A DNA stretch of 62,512 nucleotides, filler included, from Bipalium vagum (lineage: Eukaryota): the NCBI GenBank assembly GCA_037834085.1. It is 3 parts of 3 records of this genome, joined end to end, with 100 filler letters (N's around TTAATTAATTAA, not from the genome) between each part and the next. Parts side by side here need not be neighbours in the genome. Positions count along the whole stretch, not along the records: positions 20,362 to 38,303 come from JBBMKC010045803.1; positions 38,404 to 62,512 come from JBBMKC010203047.1; 1 more part is not named here. The stretch is one strand, 5' to 3'. Below, piece after piece: positions 26,077 through 38,505 of the stretch. Within the stretch, counting starts at the first letter, position 1. Every line of letters starts with the position of its first letter. The position numbers and the translations under genes were made by a program. The notes under the pieces are model-generated. The model worked only from the letters and a program-made list of their open reading frames with translations. It ran no database searches and was not told the DNA's origin.

Positions 26077-27177
26077 ATGGCGAACTACACTTTGAATCCG
26101 ATGCTTGACATTTGGGAAGTGGTCCTGGGAGGCGTTTCAGCAATAACGATAATCTTCATGACGCTGGTGGGAAATATATTGGTGGTCTTGTCCGTACTGA
26201 ATCATAAGCCGTTGAAAAAGGTGCAAAACTTTTTGATCATTTCCCTGGCAGCGGCCGACCTTTCCGTCGCCAGTCTGGTGATGCCATTTGCTCTGGTTAA
26301 CTATCTGTTGGGTCAGTGGGTGTTTGGGTCGGTTTTCTGTGATTTCTGGTTGACTAGCGACGTTTTCTGTTGCACATCATCAATCCTTAACCTTTGCGCC
26401 ATTGCCTTGGACCGTTATTGGGCCATCAACTATCCTTTGGATTACGTAAATAAACGAACCGTTCGAACGATATCGCTCGTCATCTTAGCCGTTTATATTT
26501 CCAGTGGTATAATATCGATACCGCCGCTTTTGGGCTGGAAGGAAGCCATGAAGGATCCGACCATTTGCAGTCTGAGTGATAATAAAATCTACGTGCTGTA
26601 CTCGGCTTTCGGTTCGTTCATTATTCCGATTTTTGTCATTTTGTTCGTGTACATTCGAATATATTTCGCCATACGCAAACGACTTCGGGATAAGAGGAAG
26701 GCCATCAGTAACAAGGACAAGCTGATAAGCAAAACCCAAATGGCTTCAGGTCTGAAGCTGTTGAACAAGAAAAAGGATAGCAATGAAAACAGTTCGTTGG
26801 AAAACGAAAATAAGCCGCCCCCTGTCACAGTTGACGACACATTTTCCAAGCAGAACCCTTTGACCGTAACCAATAACTGTGAAACGATCAACTTATTCTG
26901 GAATAATCGACAGAAGATATCCCTCTCCAAAGAGAGAAAGTCAGCCAGAACAATGGGAATTATCATTGGAGTCTTTGCCATTTGTTGGAGTCCCTTTTTC
27001 CTCATGTATGTCATCATGCCCTTCTGCACCACCATGGCGTGCAAAACCATGAATCCCAGGATTGAGGTGTCCTTAGTCTGGCTAGGATACGTCAACAGCG
27101 CTCTGAATCCGATAATCTACACGATTTTCAACAAAGACTTTAGAGATGCATTTCGCAAACTACTTCATTTGCACTAG
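26077..27177 (+). CDS. Intronless biogenic-amine GPCR, type-1 tyramine (Oct-TyrR/TAR1-like) receptor, 366 aa
   Basis: Seven hydrophobic segments with GNILV, SLAAADL, WLTSDVFCCTSSILNLCAIALDRYWAI (amine-binding Asp in TM3), TM5 YSAFGSF, KISLSKERKSARTMGIIIGVFAICWSPFFLMYVI (typical of type-1 tyramine receptors) and WLGYVNSALNPIIYTIFNKDFR. N-glycosylation site NYT at residue 3. Confidence 0.93.
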   Translation: MANYTLNPMLDIWEVVLGGVSAITIIFMTLVGNILVVLSVLNHKPLKKVQNFLIISLAAADLSVASLVMPFALVNYLLGQWVFGSVFCDFWLTSDVFCCTSSILNLCAIALDRYWAINYPLDYVNKRTVRTISLVILAVYISSGIISIPPLLGWKEAMKDPTICSLSDNKIYVLYSAFGSFIIPIFVILFVYIRIYFAIRKRLRDKRKAISNKDKLISKTQMASGLKLLNKKKDSNENSSLENENKPPPVTVDDTFSKQNPLTVTNNCETINLFWNNRQKISLSKERKSARTMGIIIGVFAICWSPFFLMYVIMPFCTTMACKTMNPRIEVSLVWLGYVNSALNPIIYTIFNKDFRDAFRKLLHLH

Positions 27178-28699
27178 TCCCAAGGGGGACTTTGGTCCAC
27201 ATCGTTTGGGATTTGACAATCACCTTTGTTGAACCTTAAGGTTTCATCTCTTAACTGATTCAGACTTGTTCCAATAACAGAACAATTTTATTGTGAGTAT
27301 GGAAAAAATTAAGAAATTATATATTATATTTTATTTTTTTGTTTTAATTAATATGAGAAAACAATAAAATATGATTTTAAAAATTCCTCTTTTATTGTCC
27401 AATGATTAAATCAATAAATATCACAAAAAGCGGTAAAACAAAAATTAATTAATTAATTAAAATAATTTAATTAATTAATTAACCAAACATTAAATACAAT
27501 GAAATGTTTGTTTTAATTACATGAAAAAATGTGGGCCAAAACTGATTAATTTACCAATTTTTAAGTCATCCATTAAAACAAAAAAATTGGCAGAGAAATA
27601 CTTTCTAAAATTCAGGGGAACGAATCAATAAAATATCGATTTGATTATTTGAACAATACATTTGTTAATTTATTCCGGAATTCATTGTTTTAATCGAATG
27701 TATTTTATAAATAATAAAAGAAGCATTCAAAGAGATGAAATTTTTTGTTCAAAGTGAACATAGAAATAGACGAGAAATGTTTCAAAAGACATTTTTTCCA
27801 GTTGAATTTGGGACCAGGAATTATTGGGCGAATTTTTATGAGAGAACATTTAAACAAAAAAAACTTTTGATTGTGTCTAACTCGTTTTTTGCAGAGATCT
27901 TTGATCTTGTGTTCAAATCAACTGTCGCTTGTGGTCTTTTCTTAATTTAATAAAACCGACGACGTTAAATTAAAATTCTTATTTTTTTAATCATTCATTA
28001 AAACAAAACGACTAATTAGTTAATTGGGTTAATTATTTATTAGATAACTGTTAAACAGATATCTATCATTTACAAATGAGCATTTTTATTGTTTTAATAT
28101 GAAAATATGCCAAATAATATTTAAAAATATTATTGTGTTAGTTCGGTGAACAATACCAATTCACTTTTCAAATGGACGCACTTTAAGAATTTAAAACAAA
28201 ATCTGTTTAATGATTTATATTTTTGTGAAACATATTTCAAAATTTTCATCAGTTTTTATTAGGCACCAATCAAATATTTTAATATATCTAATTTTAATTT
28301 AAAAAATTCTCTAAATTAAAATTATATTATATAATAATATTATTATTATTTTAGTAAATTTATAATATAAGGCTTAGTTTTTTAATTTAAATAAATTCAC
28401 TGCTGACTACCATATATTTCTGCAAAATTGTACAACATTTTTCTAATTCCATTGATCGCATATTAATGAGTATTGCTTTTTTCAAATAAATATGAATTGA
28501 TTTACAAAGAAGACAAACTTGGCTGCTATGTGGATGAATACTAATTTTCTGGCTAATTTAATTATACGGATGTAGACAGACAAAAGTATGCGGATTTTGG
28601 TTGGTTCACTCTTTATTAAAAAAAACCTAATAATTCTTTATTTATTCACTAAAGGCTCAAAAGATCAATCACCAATGTCAGATCAATTATTATCCATCA

Positions 28700-29860
28700 C
28701 TGTTTGCCATCTTTCAGGTAATTGGTGAATGTCAGAACGATAGAAAGTTTTAAGTTTCGAGGAAAGGAAATAACCCAGAAATTCTCCTATCAACGGCTAC
28801 GTTAGTAAAGTGAAAAGTGTTTCCTTGAATGAAATCTGTAAGAGCTAGAGTGTAAGTCCAGAGAGTATGCCGCGTGACAAAGAAATTGTCAGATAGTTTC
28901 CTGTGTATGCATATCCGCATGCACCAAAATAATTTTACGATATCCTTGCTAGAAAAAGTCTTATTTCTTTAGTTTTTCAGCTTAATATATTAACTATTTA
29001 CTGTAACGTTCGACATTAACAGTCTCACTTACTCGAAGGAGCTCATAATTAATAGAATCTTATGCAAAAAACAGTTATGCAGTCGATTCGTCTCACGTTT
29101 TTTTTAATAGTAAATATGTGAGAAAAAAAAGAAATTTGGCCCTATTCCATGTTTTTTTGGAAATAACTTTTTGAAGAATATTATAATGCAGGATGTGACA
29201 TCATTGAGTCCTTATGTTCCATACAGAGTGCATGAGTCAAGTATATGGGTTTTCCCTGAGGAAAAGCCATCAAAAATGCTTTGTTCAAAGACATCTCATC
29301 GAGAATGTCTCATATTTAGTACGTCCTGGGATGCAAAAATATGACCAAGACTGAATTTACTTCGATAACCATCATTGAATCGACCTACTACTGACTATTT
29401 GTTAGTGATATGAGAAATTTAAAACGAAAACCCAGGAATCAAGAGCTCTATATTTTACATGAACTATTATATAGTTCTCTCTCCAGTTCACACAGTTGAC
29501 CAAATTAAAAAACGTGTAATCTCAAACACCTTATTGGTCTGATTTTGCTATTAGTGATATCTTCTTATTAAATCACTTGAAAAAACATATGCCAGGACCG
29601 AAAATAGAGTACAACGAGAACCCTATAAGACTGGTGCAAGATTTTTTTCAATGAAAAGGATGCATCATTCTTGGAAAAAATGTTCTCTTTATTGGCAAAT
29701 TGATGGACAAAATACCTGGAAGCCGATGGTCCTAATATAAAAAAATGATTGAATGTTTACCTATTGTAAATAAATAAATTTATTTGCTGTAAATAAGAGG
29801 TTTCATCTTAGTATCACTACACTACACGAGTCTAAGGACTTTTATTCACACCAAATATAA
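28700..29860 (+). mobile_element. Highly decayed mariner remnant
   Basis: Motif relics in the expected order: WDAK, ILHE (cf. LHDN), PYWSDFAISDIFL (cf. PYSPDLAPSDFFL), WTKYLEADG. Confidence 0.5.
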
Positions 29861-30179
29861 ATAATAATTAATTATACAGTAAACTCTCACATAGGACGCT
29901 CTTTTGATTTTGAAATTTCTCGAAGTGCCCCTTACACCAAATGTAATTAATTTTATATTATTACTGAAAATATTATGTTTGATTTAAATAATAATTTTAA
30001 AATGATATATTCCCAAGCTCTGATCACATTCCTTATACCCCCGACAAAAGAAAATTAAAGATGAGCATTTTGACGGGAAATCTAAATCAAATTAAAACAG
30101 TCTGCTTTGTGCGAAAAAATGTCATTTTTAAAAATTTTAATAATAAATATTATTATTTTTATTATTATATTATGTACCG

Positions 30180-30716
30180 GAATACTGAATATCGTTTGTG
30201 GACTCGACTTTTATTTAGTGTAGAAACCTTTTTGGAAAAGGATTACTTGTGATGAAAAGTGGGTCCGACATGATAACTTTCGTTGACTCTCGTCGTGGGT
30301 TAAAAAGAACTGATCGGCGAATACAAGTCACAAACCAATCCTACACCCAGCTAAAACCTTAATTACGGTTTGGATGAATTATAAAAGGATCATTCGTGTC
30401 GACTATCTGTCACCCCGTCAAACAATTAAAGCAGATACTTACTGTGTTGAAACTGATAAATTTCTTATCAAATTGCAAGAAACCGAGAAGGCATTGATCA
30501 AGCGAAAAGACATTATCTTACTGCATGATAATGCAAAAAGGCATACTGCAAAAATAAGTCGAGAAAAAATGGGAAATTTTATTTCACAAACCATATACTC
30601 CAGCCCAATTGATTTGGCTGTCTAATTTGTTGTCCGGTACCATTCCGAAGATGATATTCAAAGTGACCTGTCTCTCTTTTTTAACTTTGAGTTTTATAAG
30701 CATGGAAATTTTTCGC
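30180..30716 (+). mobile_element. Decayed mariner catalytic-domain fragment, abutted by a younger mariner
   Basis: FLEXRITCDEKWVRHDN, KTLITVWMNY, TIKADTYC, ILLHDNAKRHTAK, EFYKHG. Confidence 0.8.
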
Positions 30717-32002
30717 TTAGGTTGTCCAGTATGAAATGTTGTATTTTTAGTAGTCAATGACTTATTTTAAGTCATAAAAATCGGGCAAATAAAATTTATT
30801 AGTTAAAATATTTTCCATTATAGTTTAAACACTTTTGCCAACGAGATAATAATTTATTTATTCCATCCTTATAAAATTCCTGATTTCTTGATTCAAATAA
30901 CCTGGCTATGTCCTGTTGAATGGAACCTTGATCGCGGAAACGTTTATTGACCAGAAATGCATCCATATGCTTGTACAGATGATAATCTGTTGGGGAAAGA
31001 TCTGGGGAATAAGCTGGGTGAGGCAAAATTTCAAACTTCAATTCATGCAATTTTTGTACAGTCATTTTAGAGACATGCGGTCTTGCATTATCATGAAGCA
31101 AAATTGGGCCCTTTCGATTTACCAGCCCTGGCTGTGTGTCAAGCAACTTTCTGTGCATAGTCTCTATTTGTTGACAGTATGACTGTGCAGTAATTGTCTC
31201 ACCAAATTTTAGAAAGTCTTAATGGATTACGCCAGCTACAGACCACCAAACAGTTATCATAGTCTTCTTCGGGTGAAGACTTGGCTTAGGCATCTTCTTG
31301 GGCCGTTCATCAGCGTCTACCAATTGTGCTGATTGTCGTCGATTATCATATGCAATCCACTTTTTTTCACATGTCACATTGCGACACAAAAATGGATCAA
31401 TTTCATTCAGAATAATTAAGGAAGAACAAACTTCATATCTTGCTTTTTGTTGTCCTTCAGTCAATTCATGTGGAACCCATGAATCGAGCTTCTTGACCTT
31501 CCCAATCTTTTTGAGATGAACAGAGACAGTTGATTTTGAGACATTCAGATCTTAGGCAAGTTCTCTTACTGATTGGCGAGTGTTTTCTTCAACAGCTGCT
31601 TTCAAACTGTCTTCACTTAGGTGATAAATTGGTCTTCCGCGATCTTCATTGACCAAGCTGAAATTACCATCCCGAAATTTTTTGAACCATCGCTGTGTAG
31701 CCCGTACGTTAGTGCTGCTTTCCCCCATGCAACATTGATGTTTTCGGCTGCCTGTGATGCTTTGTGTTTGAGTTTAAACTCGTACAGCATGCATATGCGA
31801 ATTTGTTGATCTACCATTTCTAGAAAGGAATGAAAAATAAATATATATATTTAATTAATATTCTTACTTTTACAATGTAAATAAACTTTGAAAATCTGGC
31901 TTTTATTTGGAATATTTAAACAAGATTTTCGATTAATATTTATCGAATAATTTAATTTTGAAAATTTAGATAAAAAACGACATTTCATACTGGACAACCT
32001 AA
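30717..32002 (-). mobile_element. Full-length (1286 bp) cecropia-type mariner; transposase 31817-30799 inactivated
   Basis: 23-nt perfect TIR TTAGGTTGTCCAGTATGAAATGT at both ends, with TA on the right flank. Protein motifs MVDQQIRICMLYEFK, WVPHEL, TCEKKW (first catalytic D lost), HDNARPH, YSPDLSPTDYHL (D,D34D). Frameshifts and stops are present. Confidence 0.95.
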
Positions 32003-32511
32003 TATATTAGGAAATAAAGCGATGGCTATCTTATAAAAGAGTTAACTTTTGGAGGCACTAGGTTTACAAATTAGTTTAGTTTTTGTGTTTACCGTTAAGA
32101 CAGCGATGGATCAGATGGAATTTTCATTCAGACCGGATTCTTGGAATATAGTTGGAAAAACTTTTTCTTACTGATAGGCATTCTGGAATTGATGTTTTGT
32201 GGAATTATCTCCTGACCAAGTGGATAAGTTAATTTTAATCAAGTAAAAAATTGATTTCTTCTAAAGCAGACGATCAAACTTAAATCAATCGAAATGGAAA
32301 AAATCTTTCTTCATACATGTCGGACAACACCTCAATTTTCTTTATTGAATATTACTGGACGGAAATGCCCAGATCTTCCACTCTGACAAATGGTCTAGTG
32401 GAAATGTTAGTTCCGAAATATGGCCAAGCTCGCACTACTTCAACAGAATCAGAAATTATTCCATTTTTACAAGCCTACTCGTCTTTCAATGGTCAATTCT
32501 AATTAATATTA

Positions 32512-33438
32512 TTAGGTATGAGAATTAATTCCCATCGTTTTTTATGAAAATAAAGTCGTTTATTTAAAAGTAACAAAACATTTTTTTCAGACAAAATATT
32601 TTCCATTGGCAGCTACAACTTTTGACCCTTTCGGACAAAGAATGGATTCTGTGGTAAATGACATTTTGATACTGAAGAAATCTATTAATCTATCCAATTT
32701 TTGACATCTTCAATGGAATTGAAGGCCTGTCTAGCAAGAGTATACTGCATGAATCGAAACAAGTGGAAGTCAGATGTCGCTATATATAGTGAGCTAGAAC
32801 CTCCTAACAAAGTCTTTTCAATGTTTCTTTAACTGGTTTTCCAAGATGTATGGATTTATTGTGTTACAAAATGATCTTAAGATGTCTTAGGTCATATTGT
32901 GGTCTCTTGGTACTTCTTGCTCGACTTAGATTGAGTAACTTTTGCTGATATCGATCACCAGTAATATTTTCGGATGGTTTGAGAAGCTCCCGTACAATAC
33001 TCTCGTTTGGTCCCACCAGATCACGTTACTTCTGTTTGTCTATCTTTGTACATTCGATAGTTATGGTTCTCCGGGCATTGTCCATGATTTTCTGCGATTT
33101 GTATTCTCATACCACAGCCATTTTTCATCATCAGTTATAATTCAATGCAAAAACGAATGCCTTGTAAGTAACATTTCGCAAAAAGATTTGGGATTTTCTT
33201 GCTGCATTTTGGTCAAACCATATGGTATCCATTTCCATACTGTTGGATCATTCCCAATGCAACCATCCGTTTACCAGAAGTTGACCTGTCAACATTCAAT
33301 ATCTACGTTATTTCTTCAAGTGTTTGATATGGGTCTTCTTTGATAATTCCTCATAAAACGTCTTTGGTTGTCCTGAACGTTAATTATCTTAGATGCTAAA
33401 GTCATGTGACTTAAATCGCTGATACCATTCTCCACATA
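32512..33438 (-). mobile_element. Decayed mauritiana (Mos1-like) mariner, interrupted or truncated by a Tc1 element
   Basis: TIR-like TTAGGTATGAG at 32512. Minus-strand pieces RFKSHDFSI, WKWIPYGLT, IWWDQ, TSDFHLFRFMQYTLARQAFNSIEDVKNWID, KVVAANGKYF*. Confidence 0.75.
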
Positions 33439-34323
33439 TACTGTTGAAAAAGTTATGTCTACACCAAAATAATATAACATAATAATAGAAAAGTGATATT
33501 TATTTATTTTTATACAAAAATATTAAAACACATTTAATATTAATATACGTAAAACTTGAATTTCGTATGTACCGTCAATTTTTTGTTTGCAGATCTTTTG
33601 TCAATAACTGCCCGTACACGCCGTGGCATGGACTCTACCAAGTTGCGGGTTTCCTCTGAAGTGATGACCTGCCAAGTATTAATTAACTCAGTAAATAGTT
33701 ACTCTACAATTCTTGGCTTCTTTCCTTGTACCTTCCTAAAGAGATTATTCCATAGGTGTTCAATGGGATTTAAGTACGGGTTTTGGGCTGGCCAATCCTA
33801 AACTTCCACTTGTTTGCGAGCAAGAAAGTCAGTGATAAGTTTAGCCTTATGACTTGGAGATTGTGGTACTGAAAGATTATTATTATTATTAAATAACTCT
33901 CTTGTTAATGGCAACATTTGATTCTTCATTCATTTTACTTCTTGTACATAGATTCGTTGACCTAATAATAAGTGGTCGACAGCGAAGGCTAACCTCTCTT
34001 GTGATTAGTCTCTGACATCAATGGCTTTCTGACAGCCATACAGCCACGCAATCCATACTTACGGAGGATATTTCTCACGGTTGTTGTTACAGAAACTCCG
34101 TAGTAATTGACGATAGCTTATTCCAAGTTCAGCTATCACCATCAATCTTGTAAGTTCATTAATAGTTAATTAATGCACCTGCCATTTATTAGAAAATCTA
34201 AAATAAGCTAGTTTAGACAAATTCTTTATCGATTTTTTATTAAATAATCATTAATAAGTAACAACTAATGATATGCATTATGTATTAATATTTTGGTGTG
34301 GGCATGACTTTTATTCAGCACTG
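33439..34323 (-). mobile_element. Internally deleted Tc1-family (DD34E) element
   Basis: TIR pair TACTGTTGAAAAAGTTATGTCTACACCAAAATA and revcomp CAGTGCTGAATAAAAGTCATGCCCACACCAAAATA. Minus strand reads [17 protein letters not shown] and LVESMPRRVRAVID. Confidence 0.8.
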
Positions 34324-35370
34324 TGTTGCTTCGGACGTAAGCTATTGTCATTAGTCTATGGGGTTCGTATGGTGATTTCTTTAAATTGTGTCAAAATAAT
34401 GATACCGTATGTACTTACAGAGGAAGTAGATCGATAAGTTAAAAGATGGCTAGATAATGGTAATTCAAGTCAATAAACATGGTCTTCGCCAATGTTATTA
34501 TTAGGGGAACTTTTTGAAAATAAATACAACTGTTTTTAGGTTTATTAAAATTCTAAAAACGAGATAAATAATTAAGATTCAAACCCATATAATCAATTGG
34601 TAAAAAGTTATTGTTGCAATATGCAGAAATGAAATTACTATTTACAATTATGGGTACTTCGTTACCTACTACCAGAAATTTCCTAAAGATGATGTATCCA
34701 CAATGGCTGCGTGTTACATGTGTTTGAGGAGAAGTGAAAAAGAAAAAGGAAATAATAAAAAAATTTATTATATTTTTTAAAAATAAAATTATTAAATTCA
34801 AATAATTGTAAAATAAAATAAATGAATGATATTTTAAATGAATTTAAAAATGGCAGCATAAATGTAATGAACTTGCGGCCGAACTAAAATAAAATAAATA
34901 ACGAAATAAATAAAATTACTAAACTTTATTTTCACACTGAACCTCTAAGTAAAAAGAAATAAATGAAAAAAGTCAACTATAAAAAATTTACAAAAGTGCG
35001 CAGATTTTTGTCTTGTCCAAAAATAAAGAGACCAATCATATTTATCGCATGGAAATCAGTATAGCTGAAATTATTTTGTGACTCATATTTTCAACAATCC
35101 TTTCTTTAAAAAGTTCTGAGAGCCATAAGAATCCATTTGATGACGATACTTTATGAGAATCTGGTGCCATGTTCTTCGATGGCACTTCAAACCACCAAAC
35201 TCATATCCGAATTTAACCGTTTCGTGATATATTTAGGATTATATCTGAGTAGAGTAAAAACGACGACTAGAGTCCCCATACAACCATAAAGATTCAGCGC
35301 GATTTCCACCAGTCATTTCCACTCTACTGCAGACATAGATATTTTAATACCCTTACCTTCGAAATACTTA

Positions 35371-35760
35371 ACTTTTAATGGTATTTTTCAGGGTTTTCTG
35401 TCATTTTTTACGTTTTAGTCACTTTTTTCCATTACAAAAATATCAGAAAAATCACCAAAACATGATAAAAATACATTTAACAAATGAAAAATACCAAAAA
35501 TCATCATAAAACATTTAAAAAGTACTAAAAATCACTAAAATAGAAAAAATTGTAAAAAGTAGCACAAATTAGCAAAAAGCAGCAAAAAAACAAAATAGTA
35601 AAACACAAAACAAACAGCAAAATCACAGAAAAAAAATGACAAAAAGCACTAAACAAAATAACAAAAACTGCAAAAATTCACTAAAAATCATAAAATCTTT
35701 AAAAGATAAAAAAAGTATGAAGAAAAGTAAGAAAAATTAAAAAAATTTCAAAATAAAAAT
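35371..35760. repeat. 10-bp-periodic T-tract/A-tract array (consensus unit ~ATCACTAAAA), head-to-head
   Basis: Eleven consecutive 10-mers at 35431-35540 end in an A-run (nine in AAAA). Six 10-mers at 35371-35430 carry phased T-tracts. Confidence 0.8.
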
Positions 35761-36964
35761 CAGAATATTTTTTAAAAAAAATGCAAAAAGTTTTTGAAGC
35801 AATAGGTTTCAAGGACGATCACTCACATTTGCAAAATAATTTTTTGATATAAAATATAATTTTGAAAAATTTGAATTCGATTTAGTCATTTTTATTCGAT
35901 TTAAACCTTATTATTTTTTCACAGCAATTATATAAAGCAACATTCGCCGTTAAGATCCAATAAACATTATATTAAGCCCCACCTTCTATAAACTTTGGGA
36001 TCTTAACAATATTTAAAAAGTATACAAACTCAAATAGATAGAGAGAAAATTAGAAATCATAAATAAAAATATTAAGCCAAAATTTGATGGAATTTTAATA
36101 CAAAATTTGAAATAAATAAAACTTTTCTGAATATTTAAAAAATTTAGCGCTTAGTTCTTGTAGCACTGAAGATGTATCATCATTTCAAAAACAACAGAAA
36201 GAAATTGTTTTTTTTATCATAAAAATAAAATTTGTTTTGAATTAAAATATTAAGTCTCAAGAATTATTAATGATGGAAAAAGAAATATAAAAAATTACAA
36301 ACTTAAAATTCATAATCCTAATTATACAGTTATTCATGTATGTATTAATAATTCTGAACCAAAATATTTTTGTGATTACAATGAAATTTATACTATTACA
36401 GGAGAATATTTTTGAAAATATTTTTTCCTATAAAAATTTTGAACACAATATCCAAGAACAATTAAAATCTAATGTTTTTTTCACAAAACATAGAGAATAA
36501 GCAGAGCTTCCTTGAGTATCAATTACAAAATATTTTAAAAATGGAAAAATATATTAATAGTTATTTTCATTTAAAAAAAATATAAAAGCGAAAAAAAAAT
36601 TAATAAATGCCTGCTGAAATAAATTTTAATATTTGTAAGACAGCATAATCATCCAAGATATTTAACACGTCATTTAAGTAGTAAGTTATGTGTTAGAAAT
36701 TTAGAAAAGATTGAAGCCAAACAAGCAATTATCAAAACTAAATTTTACAGAAAATGAAGAATTTCAAATATATATGACATAATTATTTAGAAATTAATCA
36801 TTTATTATTATAAAATACAACTATCAAGATTTACGAAATATTATACTAAAGATACTTCTGCTTTTATTAAAGAAATACCTTTAAAACGTTTAATTATTTT
36901 GAAAATATAACTAATTATTATTTTTAAAATATTCATTCATTAAAAAAAACATTTAGTGTACATA

Positions 36965-37737
36965 TACTAGTGGACAAATTAATTCTCAATTTTTAATTTT
37001 AATTGTATTTTAATATGAATGCAAGAAATTCTATTAAATATTTGTTATTAATATAATTTGAAATTATTCTTAATTAAATTGCTATATGAAACATTATTTT
37101 AATCATTGTTGTTTAATTAAAGCTAATTTGAGTATAAATGAAATAATTTTATAAGACAAAACTTTTTTCGATTTTTAAATTAAAGCCATAATATTCAAAA
37201 TTAAACGTGATAGATAGTTCTTATCAGTAATATTAATTCATCTTAAGTTATTTTTATTGAAATGAAATCCGACGAATTAAGACAACGAGCCAAGGCTATG
37301 AAGTATGAAAGGCATACCTTTAGAGAAATAAGTGGTGTCCTAGGTATAAGTTACGATGCCGCAAGAAATTTATGCAACTTTAAGAAGATTACATATCGTA
37401 AGAAATGTGGACGACTGGGGAAAACGTCTGCAGTTCAAAAATTAAAGAAGATTGCCTAATTGACAGTACAGAGATACCTGACAACAATAGGTACAAGAGA
37501 TCAAAGAATTAGATCGTTTTGAGTCAGAAGCACAAAGACCAAAGAGTAAAAATGTGTTCCAAGTGGATGATCGAAGATTAAAACTGGAACTTAACTATTT
37601 TTTCAGATGAAAAACGCGTCAGTATGGACGGTCCAGACAATTGGAGTACGTATGTTATGTCGGGTGAATCATCAGTTAAAGAAAGAAGGCAATGCAAAGG
37701 CGGCGGTATTATGGTATGGCTAATGACATTCCCATAG
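36965..37737 (+). mobile_element. Tc3-like (Tc1 family) transposon 5' fragment
   Basis: TIR-like TACTAGTGGACAAATT, HTH ORF 37262-37459, then LSQKHKDQRVKMC..WNLTIFSDEKRVSMDGPDNW...RRQCKGGGIMVW. Confidence 0.8.
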
Positions 37738-38303
37738 AAATCGGAAGCTGACTATTTAAAAGTTTATAACGAAGAATAAAACTAGATTATCATCGACTGC
37801 GAAGAATTTGGAAGATTACTATTTGAGAATTATTTTCAAGACAAGAAGATTTGTAGTAATTATGTTTGCCTCTTGCTTAAGATTGTTTAAGTTCCCTATC
37901 AGAGGACTACCTTTTCGTAACTTTAAGAACTCAGTTGATAGTTCGGGAATTTAAGCCGAAGAGAAACTGTAAGCTTTTTTTTATTTTCTTTATTTATTTA
38001 AATTTTATTTATTTAAAATTTAGAGTCAGGTTAAATTTGATACACTAAATATTAAACAAAACTGCATTTCTTATTCTTATTCATTTTCAGAAATATCTCT
38101 TTCATAATGAAATTGTATTAATACAGTGGGAATTCTCAAAAGTGCCCACAAGATTTTGGTGACCATGTCTATTAAATTGACCATATTTAAATTTTGTTAA
38201 AGTAAGGCTAAATGTCCAGTATAAATTTTTAAAATAATATCAAGAAAAGGTGACCGGTAAATATTTTTGTTTAAATAATAGTGATAAATAACATATTTTG
38301 AAT

Positions 38304-38403
38304 NNNNNNNNNNNNNNNNNNNNNNNNNNNNNNNNNNNNNNNNNNNNTTAATTAATTAANNNNNNNNNNNNNNNNNNNNNNNNNNNNNNNNNNNNNNNNN
38401 NNN
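38304..38403. other. Assembly gap with artificial six-frame stop linker
   Basis: 44 N + TTAATTAATTAA + 44 N. Confidence 0.95.
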
Positions 38404-38505
38404 TTATTTTGATAGATTATTTGCAGAAATAATCTACATTAAAACTGGTAATTTTTTGAAAAATATTTTTTATTTTACACGTATAATCTAATAAAGACTT
38501 GGAAT

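Noticed and set aside
26485-27095. Minus-strand ORFs (84 and 168 aa) overlapping the GPCR
   Set aside because: Antisense shadows of the receptor CDS.
30799-31817. Mariner ORFs as a domesticated SETMAR-like gene
   Set aside because: No SET domain, intact TIRs, and frameshifts, so this is an ordinary dead transposon.
36000-36900. CPAE...HNHP relic suggestive of a FLYWCH/MULE zinc finger
   Set aside because: A single short motif in extremely AT-rich sequence is too weak to call.
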